DNA of 13,203 bases, taken from NCBI GenBank assembly GCA_048938005.1, contig JBHLMQ010000071.1, forward strand, positions 1 through 13,203, in the 5' to 3' direction. This stretch comes from Promethearchaeota archaeon (lineage in GTDB: Archaea; Asgardarchaeota; Lokiarchaeia; Sigyniarchaeales; SOKP01). Below the pieces are notes generated by a model. It ran no database searches and was not told where the DNA came from. It saw only the letters and a program-made list of their open reading frames with translations. Every line of letters begins with the position of its first letter. The first letter of the stretch is position 1. Below, in pieces: positions 6,162 to 13,203 of this stretch. The position numbers and the translations under genes are program-made.

Positions 6162-8417
6162 ATGTCATTAAAAGATTTTACAAAGGAAGTATTCACTCGA
6201 TATGGATTTACAGAGGATCATATCAATATTTATTTAGTCTATTTAAGAGTTCCTCGCGCAACACCTTCTGAAGTTTACATGACTTTAATAGATGAACATG
6301 AAACCCTACAGTATGAAACTGTATTAGAAATTACTAATTGGTTAGTTGAAAAAGGTTTCCTTAAGAGAATTGAAGGTATTGTCGATAGATATATTCCACT
6401 TCAGCCATATTTTGAATTATTTACAAGTGAATCAGAGAATTTTAGAAATGAAATTGCCAAAATTAAAGATACAATATTAGCCGATCAGTCTGACCGCTTT
6501 GAAAAACTCGAAGCGATACAAGATAAAAGCATAAAAGAAGTAGAAAAAGCTGTTGATACCCAAATCAAAGCCTTTTTTGAAGATTCTGATTCAAAAAATA
6601 ACACCAAAAAAAATCGGATAGATAGTGCAACTAATCGGTTTACTGAGACCAGCAAAGCTTTAGAAAGTAATATTCATTCCATCATGGACACTTTAAATTC
6701 GAATTTAAAAAATATCTCAGACACAAGCGTTAATAGAAATGAATCTGAAATTACCAAAACTAAAGAGAATCTAACAACCTTAATTTCGAATTTATTAAAT
6801 GATTTTTCAACAAGAGTTGAAAATTTAGACAAAGAATTGAAAATGGAACTTGATGAGCATGTAGAAAGACATAAAAATATCGCAAACCAGCTTAAACCTA
6901 AAATGGAACAAATTCTGGAGAAGTATTTGGAACGTATGGATAAAGTTGTTACCGATTTAAAAGCAAAAATTTCCAATTTATTAAATGAACATTCGAATCA
7001 TATAAAGAACACCACAGATACTCTCCAAGTGAACTTAAAAGCTATGGTTGATGAAAGACATAGAACATTAACCAACCAGACCAATGATTTTAAAAGTATG
7101 ACACTGACTTTAATTGAGAATTTGCTTGAACATGCAAACAGATTTACTGATTTTTCAGAAGATATGGCTAAAAAAGGATTTTTCTGGATGGGAAAAAAGA
7201 AAAAATATAAAGCGAGACACGAAACTACAATTCAGAATATATTGAAATACACAGAACCAATGAAACCTGATTTCACCAAAACCTGCGATGATTATGTCGT
7301 GGATACTCGAGAAACCACAGAACACATTAAATCTGATGTTACTGATATTATGGTAAAAGAAAATGATGGATTAGGTGCGGAAACTAACGATCTTGATTAC
7401 AAAGCTAAAGAAACAATTGAAGCTCAATTAGAGACTTTAGCAACTGATTTAGCTGGAGAAGTTGATGATACTTTACAAAATGGTGTAAAAGATTGTTCTG
7501 ATACCAGAATAAAATTAAAGGATTCTCTAGAAAGTTCACTTAAACAACATCATAGACAATATGATGATGCAATAAATAATCATAAAGAAAATTCATTAAA
7601 ACATTATACCGATTTTGATGTTGAAATTAAACGAATAAATGCTGATTGGACCAGAGATGTTAATACTAATTTCGAAGATGGGAAAAGAGATTGTTCAGAT
7701 AAAATTGATAGTGAAATTAGATTATGGGATGCTGAAGCAAAAGATATGAATACTAATTTAACCAATATGCTCACAGATCATAAGTCTAAATATGAACAAA
7801 ACGCAAAAACTCTCCAAAATAGTTTGTCAAATACCACAAGAGACACCGCTCAAAATATTAAAGATAATATCGCTGATTTTACTCTACAATTTATGAATTC
7901 CATCGATGATGCCACTGAACTAGCTGAAAATAACGAAAGCAAGCTAATGGACATTTTTAACGCTTCTGGTTCAATTCCAGAAATATCTAAGGTGACAACT
8001 TGGCCGGTAGTCGGAAAAGATGCGATGGTTGCCGCTATAAAAGATGCAATTTATCGTGTAAAATCTTCAATCATTATTGTTACTCCATACGTAGTCCCGG
8101 ATATACTACAAGTTGTTTCTGAATACGCCTTTCAGAAAAAAGCTGTCAGATTTATGTTGACTAGTAGATGGGAACTTGACCAATATAGTGGGATAATTTC
8201 AAAGATGAAACAACTTGGAAACATTCAATTCCGGCAATTACAAACTGCAGGTGAATTTTTCGCAGTTACTCGGGATGCTGAAGAAGTCATTCTTGCACCT
8301 GCCACAGAAAAAGAAGCAGAAATGATTGCAGTTGTTTCAAATCAAGAAGGGTATTCTAAACTCTATTCCCAATTCATTGGACCAATATTCCAAGCGAATT
8401 CCCGCCCTATAAAGTAA
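6162..8417 (+). CDS. TrmB-like protein: N-terminal wHTH, about 520-aa hendecad-repeat helical region, C-terminal PLD-like/TrmB effector-type domain
   Basis: aa 1-82 match the TrmB wHTH pattern (YGFTEDHINIYLVYL..PRATPSEV...WLVEKGFLKRIEGIVDRYIPLQP). aa 83-602 are helical with 11/22 periodicity. aa ~612-751 match the TrmB/PLD-like pattern (WPVVGKDAMVAAIKDAIYRVKSSIIIVTPY...FFAVTRDAEEVILAP) without an HKD motif. Confidence 0.75.
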   Translation: MSLKDFTKEVFTRYGFTEDHINIYLVYLRVPRATPSEVYMTLIDEHETLQYETVLEITNWLVEKGFLKRIEGIVDRYIPLQPYFELFTSESENFRNEIAKIKDTILADQSDRFEKLEAIQDKSIKEVEKAVDTQIKAFFEDSDSKNNTKKNRIDSATNRFTETSKALESNIHSIMDTLNSNLKNISDTSVNRNESEITKTKENLTTLISNLLNDFSTRVENLDKELKMELDEHVERHKNIANQLKPKMEQILEKYLERMDKVVTDLKAKISNLLNEHSNHIKNTTDTLQVNLKAMVDERHRTLTNQTNDFKSMTLTLIENLLEHANRFTDFSEDMAKKGFFWMGKKKKYKARHETTIQNILKYTEPMKPDFTKTCDDYVVDTRETTEHIKSDVTDIMVKENDGLGAETNDLDYKAKETIEAQLETLATDLAGEVDDTLQNGVKDCSDTRIKLKDSLESSLKQHHRQYDDAINNHKENSLKHYTDFDVEIKRINADWTRDVNTNFEDGKRDCSDKIDSEIRLWDAEAKDMNTNLTNMLTDHKSKYEQNAKTLQNSLSNTTRDTAQNIKDNIADFTLQFMNSIDDATELAENNESKLMDIFNASGSIPEISKVTTWPVVGKDAMVAAIKDAIYRVKSSIIIVTPYVVPDILQVVSEYAFQKKAVRFMLTSRWELDQYSGIISKMKQLGNIQFRQLQTAGEFFAVTRDAEEVILAPATEKEAEMIAVVSNQEGYSKLYSQFIGPIFQANSRPIK
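6771..7100 (+). repeat. Protein-level 22-residue (2x11) amphipathic repeats within the 751-aa gene
   Basis: Consecutive 22-mers LTTLISNLLNDFSTRVENLDKE / LKMELDEHVERHKNIANQLKPK / MEQILEKYLERMDKVVTDLKAK / ISNLLNEHSNHIKNTTDTLQVN / LKAMVDERHRTLTNQTNDFKSM, mostly hydrophobic at positions 1, 5, 12, 15/16 and 19. Confidence 0.65.
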
Positions 8418-8423
8418 AATAGG

Positions 8424-8450
8424 TTTTTTTCTCTATTTTTTATTTATTTT
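8424..8450 (+). terminator. Oligo-T terminator-like tract
   Basis: TTTTTTT-CTCTA-TTTTTT-ATTTATTTT starting 6 nt after the stop at 8417. Confidence 0.55.
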
Positions 8451-8697
8451 GGATCAATATTTAAACAGGGAAAGAAAATTAATACCAAATTTTTACAAAT
8501 TAAGAGTATAAAAGAAAATCTTTAAGATCCTTACTCATATTCATATTGATTTTATTTTCCCAATCTTTTTTATCTAGGTTCTGTTCTTAATAAAAAATTG
8601 ATAAATCAACATAGAGAAATTAATAATTATTTAGCCAATGTTAAACTATTTTCATTTAGATAAAACTTGAATTAAATACCTATTTGAAAAAAATGCG

Positions 8698-9945
8698 ATG
8701 AAGAATATTGTTGAAAAAAAAGTAGAATTGATGGCTCCTTTAAAAAACTACAAATCTTTAAATGCTGTATTAAGTAAAACTGATGCAGTATATTTTGGTG
8801 TTGAATCTTTTAACATGCGAATGTATAGTGATAATTTTAAACTAGAAGAGCTAAATAACATCGTAAAAACTTGCCATAATAATAACACCAACGCTTATCT
8901 CACTACAAATGTAGTAATATATGAGAATGAATTCTTTTTTCTAGATCAAATATTAGAGAAAGCTGTAGAGGCAGACATTGATGCTGTAATTATTCATGAT
9001 ATTGGAGCTATTAATTTAGCGAAAGAAAAAGGCTTAAACTTCCATATCTCTACTCAAGCTAATATTTCTAATTCTCAAACAGCAATATTTTATGAATCAA
9101 TAGGAGCTCAAAGATTAATTCTAGCAAGAGAGTTATCACTAAAACAAATTAAGGAAATTAAAAATAAATTAAGTAAAACTGAAATTGAAACATTCGTCCA
9201 TGGTGCTCAATGTACTTCAATATCAGGTCGGTGTTACTTTTCTGCTGAAATTTGTCAATCTCAGGATTACTCAGCAAACAGAGGAAAATGTATACAGCCT
9301 TGTAGAAGAAAATGGAGAGTATTTGATGATCAGAATAATGAATTGTTATATGATGGAGTTTTTTTTATTAATGCTAAAGATCTGTGTATGATCGAATATA
9401 TTCCAGAATTAATTGAAGCAAAAATTGATGCTTTTAAAATTGAAGGTCGCATGAGAGATCCAATTTATATTGAAGAAACAGCATCATGTTATAGAGAAGC
9501 GATTGATGCATATTATGGGAACACTTTTACGCAAGAAAAAGTTAAAGATTGGCTTAAACGTTTACATAAAGTATATAATCGAGGTTTTTCTAGAGGATTT
9601 TATTTTGGATTACCAAGAGGTACAGAAATACAAAGAGATTTTGATGGAAATGTCTCAAAATATAAAAAGGTTGAGATTGGTAAAGTTTTGAATTACTTTC
9701 CAGAAAAAAAGGCAGCTAAGATTCTTTTAACATCAGGCAAACTAAAATTAAAAGATGAGATATTTGTCATTGGGACTCATACTGATACTTTTTTAAGACA
9801 AGAAGTTAAATCAATTCAGATTAAGCAAAAGAAAAACTTGACTGAAACTCCCCTAATTTCGTCAAAAAAAGAACGAATAACAGTTGGGATTGTCGTTGAT
9901 AAACCCGTTCGGAAAAATGATAAAATTTTCAAATTAAAACAATAG
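8698..9945 (+). CDS. Peptidase U32-family Fe-S protein (TrhP/RlhA-like, probable RNA hydroxylation factor)
   Basis: ELMAP, DAVYFG, HISTQANISN, RLILARELSL, ETFVHGAQCTSISGRCYFS...ANRGKCIQPCR (four cluster Cys), DLCMI, FKIEGRMR, followed by a C-terminal beta-barrel-like region. Confidence 0.9.
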   Translation: MKNIVEKKVELMAPLKNYKSLNAVLSKTDAVYFGVESFNMRMYSDNFKLEELNNIVKTCHNNNTNAYLTTNVVIYENEFFFLDQILEKAVEADIDAVIIHDIGAINLAKEKGLNFHISTQANISNSQTAIFYESIGAQRLILARELSLKQIKEIKNKLSKTEIETFVHGAQCTSISGRCYFSAEICQSQDYSANRGKCIQPCRRKWRVFDDQNNELLYDGVFFINAKDLCMIEYIPELIEAKIDAFKIEGRMRDPIYIEETASCYREAIDAYYGNTFTQEKVKDWLKRLHKVYNRGFSRGFYFGLPRGTEIQRDFDGNVSKYKKVEIGKVLNYFPEKKAAKILLTSGKLKLKDEIFVIGTHTDTFLRQEVKSIQIKQKKNLTETPLISSKKERITVGIVVDKPVRKNDKIFKLKQ

Positions 9946-10005
9946 TATTATCTATAAATTTCTGCTTTAAACATTAAATATAGGAGTTTTGATTAAAAAG
10001 AGATC

Positions 10006-10014
10006 AAAAAAAAA
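10006..10014 (-). terminator. Oligo-T (T9) terminator-like tract downstream of fae-hps
   Basis: An A9 run on the plus strand about 35 nt beyond the minus-strand stop at 10049. Confidence 0.45.
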
Positions 10015-10048
10015 TTATTTCTAAATAGAAGCACCGTATAATATATTT

Positions 10049-11347
10049 CTAATCCCATGTAGCTCTTTTTACGGATTCGTCATCATCTTCGCTGTGAATT
10101 CTCTTAAGATTGATATCTTGATACCCAGGGAGAACACTTAACATTCTTCTCATTGCAAATTTAACATCCTTCGCACTAGCTATGAACCTGCCTACGATGA
10201 GGATGTCTGCCCCTTGTTCTAATGCATAAGCGGCAGTACTAGGTTCAATACCACCAGCAACAGCGACTAAAACTCTATCCCTTCCTGAAGCTTTCTTTTG
10301 ACCCGTATATAATTCCTTAATTTTTGGTACTAATCCCCATCGGGCTTTTTGAGCTGCGTCAGGAGATTGATCTCCAGCTGTGGATTGCTCAACGTCAATA
10401 GCTCGATGAATAATCACAACATCGGGGATTTGTCTTAGTGAACTCAATTTTTCAAGTGGATCTTGAACTTCCATAGTATCAACAAATGCATGAATACCAA
10501 GCCTCTGTGCTTCTAGAATAAATTTGTCAAGCGAAGCAGATGAAGCTAAACCACTTGCTACAACCCCATCGGCGGTAGCATCAAATGCAAAATCGACCTC
10601 TAATTTTCCAACGTCTAGGGTTTTTAAATCGGCTACAATAAATTTATCTTTTGCTAATTCTCGAATTTTTTTGATCGATTCAACACCATATTTCTTAAGA
10701 AATGGTGTGCCAACTTCAAGTAAGATTCGATCACTTTTAGGTAATTCTTTAACAACTTTCATTTGTTTTTCCAAGGCAGGATGATCTAATGCTACCTGTA
10801 TATAGGGAGGCCGCCACAGTCTGGGAACTCTTATTCCTGCAACTGGGTGTTTAGCTCGGTCTTTATCGTAAAAAATCTTTTCTATTGGAGGATATCCTCT
10901 TAATGCTCTCTGAATTGCTAATTTTGTTGCACCATAATTATATTGATAGATTTTTCGATAATCATTAGCGCTTGGATGTATATATACACTCGCAATTATT
11001 AACCAATCATCTATTTTGTTCATTGGAATAATACCCTCTTCAACGGCATCTGCAATTCCTTTAGCAACTGCAGCTTGAGCAGGTCCAAAGATTTTGCTTG
11101 CATCATCCATTTTAGCAAGAGTTACTTTAGGGACTATAAGACTTACTGGTTTTGCTAAAAGATTAGGCCGAATTCCAGCGAGCAAACCACCGTGTCCTTT
11201 AGAAGGTGTACTAAGTGCATTTGCAAATGAAACACCTACTGGTCCATTCTTAGAACCTATTATTAAATCTATATGAGCTAAATCATCCCCTTCTCCAACT
11301 AATGCTTCTCCAACATAATACTCCACTGCTTTTGGCATAAATTTCAC
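10049..11347 (-). CDS. fae-hps: Bifunctional formaldehyde-activating enzyme / 3-hexulose-6-phosphate synthase
   Basis: Fae domain: VGEALVGEG..AHIDLIIGSK.GPVG..FANAL, IRPNL.KP, IFGPAQAAVAKGIADAVEEG, YNYGATKLAI. HPS domain: IQVALD, LLEVGTP, VADLKTLDVG, IIHRAIDVE, VAVAGGI, GADILIVGR. The probable start is ATG at 11338 rather than GTG at 11347. Confidence 0.95.
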   Translation of the reverse strand: MKFMPKAVEYYVGEALVGEGDDLAHIDLIIGSKNGPVGVSFANALSTPSKGHGGLLAGIRPNLLAKPVSLIVPKVTLAKMDDASKIFGPAQAAVAKGIADAVEEGIIPMNKIDDWLIIASVYIHPSANDYRKIYQYNYGATKLAIQRALRGYPPIEKIFYDKDRAKHPVAGIRVPRLWRPPYIQVALDHPALEKQMKVVKELPKSDRILLEVGTPFLKKYGVESIKKIRELAKDKFIVADLKTLDVGKLEVDFAFDATADGVVASGLASSASLDKFILEAQRLGIHAFVDTMEVQDPLEKLSSLRQIPDVVIIHRAIDVEQSTAGDQSPDAAQKARWGLVPKIKELYTGQKKASGRDRVLVAVAGGIEPSTAAYALEQGADILIVGRFIASAKDVKFAMRRMLSVLPGYQDINLKRIHSEDDDESVKRATWD

Positions 11348-11617
11348 AACAAATTTTTACTTAAAACTTAAATTTTTGTATAACTTGTAGAGTTTTATTA
11401 TTTATAATAGTGTGTTTTATAGATAATATAAAAAAATGCTTATCTACAATATTCTAGAGTTATTCCTCTATTAATAAAATTATCCTTGATGGATAAGTAT
11501 ATTAGATTGAATTATTATCTTAAAAGAACAGTAAAAGATACAATATATTGCTTTTTTTCCATGAAAAAGGAAAAATAGTAATTAAGTTAAATGCAAAAAA
11601 GTCGTCAGTTGATAATT

Positions 11618-13203
11618 TTATCTCGTACTTTGTATAAATTGCTTTTCTTTCTCCTGTATTTTTTGCCACTTTTTACGTTCTGAACGTAGTTTAAAGAGGT
11701 CGATATCCTTATAGATTAAACCTTCTTCTTTGGGTGGTATAGTTCTTTCAGTCCTTTCTTTTTCTGGAGTGTAAATTAGTGAATTTCCGTATTCTCCAAT
11801 ATTAGCAAAGAAGCAGTAAGCATAGATTGATCTACGAGCATCGAAGTGAGCTGCTTTGAAATCTTCGGTAACAGGAGTGAAAGCGGGATTAAAAATAAGG
11901 TCCACTGGGGGTTCAAAATTCTTTAATTCTACTCTTAAATCCATATCGAGAAAATCTCGGCATATAGCAATCGCAATCCTGCCATATTCTGTATTGCATA
12001 TAATAACTTTTCTTGGAAATCTCCCAGCTTCTATACCTTCTTTGAATCTTGTACCTTTGAAATTAATCATAGCAGGAATATTCTTCTCCTGTTCCCATAG
12101 TATTCCTTCTGGACTTATTACCAAACAAAGATTTTGTTTCGTTGCTGGGTCGTGATAGGAACCAGGAATAATATACATATCATAATTTTTTGCGAGATTT
12201 GAAATATCTTCGAGTAATGTGCCATAATTTAAATCAACAGCCATTTCTGGAAAGATTAGAATATTTACTCCATCGTTATGGGCATTTTTTATCATATCTA
12301 TAACTTTTATACTTATAATATCGACTTTATCTTTTCGTAGTTTTAAAAGACCATTATGTTCTCTGTAAAATTCGCCTAATAGATCACCTGCAGTTGATAT
12401 TCCTATTTGAGCAATACCAACTCTGAATTCTTGTTGTTGCCTTTCAGGATGATCTTTTAGTAAATCTTTATAGATTAATGTGTATTTCTCTCTTGGTCTT
12501 TCAATAATTTCTGCTTCCAGTATTTCATCACTAAATTCACGTACTTCACTAATTCTTGGCGATTGGCTAGATTCAATGGGACAAGCAGGAGTAATAATAC
12601 CTACAGTGCTTTTTGTTATGGAAGGTTCACTAATAGTGTTTAAAGCAGATACAATTATTTTTTCTTCTTTTGTTACTAATTCTAATTGTTCTAATATTTC
12701 GTTTTCTTTATTTCTATAACCTGACTTTCCAAATAGATTTGCTGCAGACTTAAGAATTTCTGAACCAATTTTAAGAAGGCTCTTTTTTTTTTCCAGATTC
12801 ATTTCTTCATCTGCTTGTATTAGATGCCAAGCTGCATCAAAATAAGTTGAGGTTGCTAAAGCCCAGTCAGCTTCGTTAATAAAGCCTCCTTTCTTATAAG
12901 AAGATGCAGCTTTTCTAAGTATTACTTTAATTTTCGGATATAACTCGGATTTTATCGAAGTTTTTGTTGATTCATCAAATCTACAACCAAGCTCTAGGGC
13001 TTCGCAAAATGCAGAATTACTTGAAGATAATATCTTTAACTTATTATTACTAAAAAAACTACTTGCTTTTTCGAATAAATGAGCTGCTTCTGCAAATTTA
13101 TTAGAATCTTTATTATTTTCAGCAAATTCCATACTTTCCCATGCTTTACAAAGATGATAAATTGCTTCTAATTCTCTTCGCTCTCGTTCGAGTTTAAACT
13201 TAT
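11618..13203 (-). CDS. TPR-like helical-repeat protein fused to a C-terminal carbon-nitrogen hydrolase (nitrilase) domain; 5' end lies outside the window
   Basis: The frame stays open upstream of the track's ATG at 13132 to the window edge (KFKLERERRELEAIYHLCKAWESMEFAE). Ala-rich helical pairs (FAEAAHLFEKASSFF, ILRKAASSYKKGG, ILKSAANLFGKSG) precede a nitrilase fold with E-K-C triad: IFPEM, EQEKNIP, IAICRDF. Confidence 0.85.
   Translation of the reverse strand, partial: KFKLERERRELEAIYHLCKAWESMEFAENNKDSNKFAEAAHLFEKASSFFSNNKLKILSSSNSAFCEALELGCRFDESTKTSIKSELYPKIKVILRKAASSYKKGGFINEADWALATSTYFDAAWHLIQADEEMNLEKKKSLLKIGSEILKSAANLFGKSGYRNKENEILEQLELVTKEEKIIVSALNTISEPSITKSTVGIITPACPIESSQSPRISEVREFSDEILEAEIIERPREKYTLIYKDLLKDHPERQQQEFRVGIAQIGISTAGDLLGEFYREHNGLLKLRKDKVDIISIKVIDMIKNAHNDGVNILIFPEMAVDLNYGTLLEDISNLAKNYDMYIIPGSYHDPATKQNLCLVISPEGILWEQEKNIPAMINFKGTRFKEGIEAGRFPRKVIICNTEYGRIAIAICRDFLDMDLRVELKNFEPPVDLIFNPAFTPVTEDFKAAHFDARRSIYAYCFFANIGEYGNSLIYTPEKERTERTIPPKEEGLIYKDIDLFKLRSERKKWQKIQEKEKQFIQSTR

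Noticed and set aside
6674-6976. 100-aa minus-strand ORF
   Set aside because: Antisense shadow of the 751-aa gene; F/S/L-rich composition typical of the reverse complement of K/E-rich coding.
6162-8417. 751-aa protein as an SMC/Rad50 ATPase, chemoreceptor or PLD nuclease
   Set aside because: No Walker A/B or signature motif, no CxxC hook, no MCP hairpin signature, and no HxKxxxxD motif (FFAVTRD instead).
9185-9691. Two short same-strand alternative-frame ORFs (68 and 73 aa)
   Set aside because: Fully nested in the well-conserved U32 gene; no independent support.
8698-9945. Collagenase/protease annotation for the U32 gene
   Set aside because: Legacy family name; the Cys cluster motif fits the Fe-S hydroxylation role established for this family.
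10524-11276. 86-aa and 60-aa plus-strand ORFs
   Set aside because: Antisense shadows of fae-hps.
11541-11575. CAATATATTG palindrome and TTTTTCC-N8-GGAAAAA hairpin between fae-hps and the nitrilase fusion
   Set aside because: Short and low-complexity; expected by chance in AT-rich DNA.
11856-12719. 99-aa and 79-aa plus-strand ORFs
   Set aside because: Antisense shadows of the TPR-like/nitrilase gene.
13130-13132. ATG at 13132 as the true start of the last gene
   Set aside because: The frame is open to the window edge and continues the helical-repeat pattern.
1-13203. CRISPR array, tRNA/rRNA, IS element or integrase
   Set aside because: No regularly spaced direct repeats, GC-rich structured RNA segments, terminal inverted repeats or transposase motifs were seen by eye.

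Overview
AT-rich, densely coding archaeal window. Gene content and style (Fae-Hps fusion, TrmB-type and tandem-wHTH regulators, TPR-like/nitrilase fusion, oligo-T terminators) suggest Asgard archaea, probably Lokiarchaeia; this taxonomy is inference. In order: a GH57 branching enzyme (minus strand, runs off the left edge, absent from the ORF track), a non-canonical M24 creatinase/prolidase-fold hydrolase, a nitroreductase, a probable small membrane-protein pseudogene, a two-gene membrane module, a 751-aa TrmB-like protein, a U32-family Fe-S protein, fae-hps, and the 3' part of a helical-repeat/nitrilase fusion that runs off the right edge. Two things stand out. (1) At 3842-5918, a single-pass surface protein with a juxtamembrane HFS (GPS/ZU5-like) motif lies next to a single-pass tandem-wHTH regulator whose ectodomain is a recognisable paralog lacking HFS, and a palindrome abuts the upstream TATA box. 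This is a candidate transmembrane signalling system. (2) At 6162-8417, the two halves of a TrmB-like protein are separated by about 520 aa of 11/22-residue helical repeats, with a basic-aromatic motif at the midpoint, suggesting a long fold-back hairpin. No rRNA, tRNA, CRISPR array or mobile element was seen.
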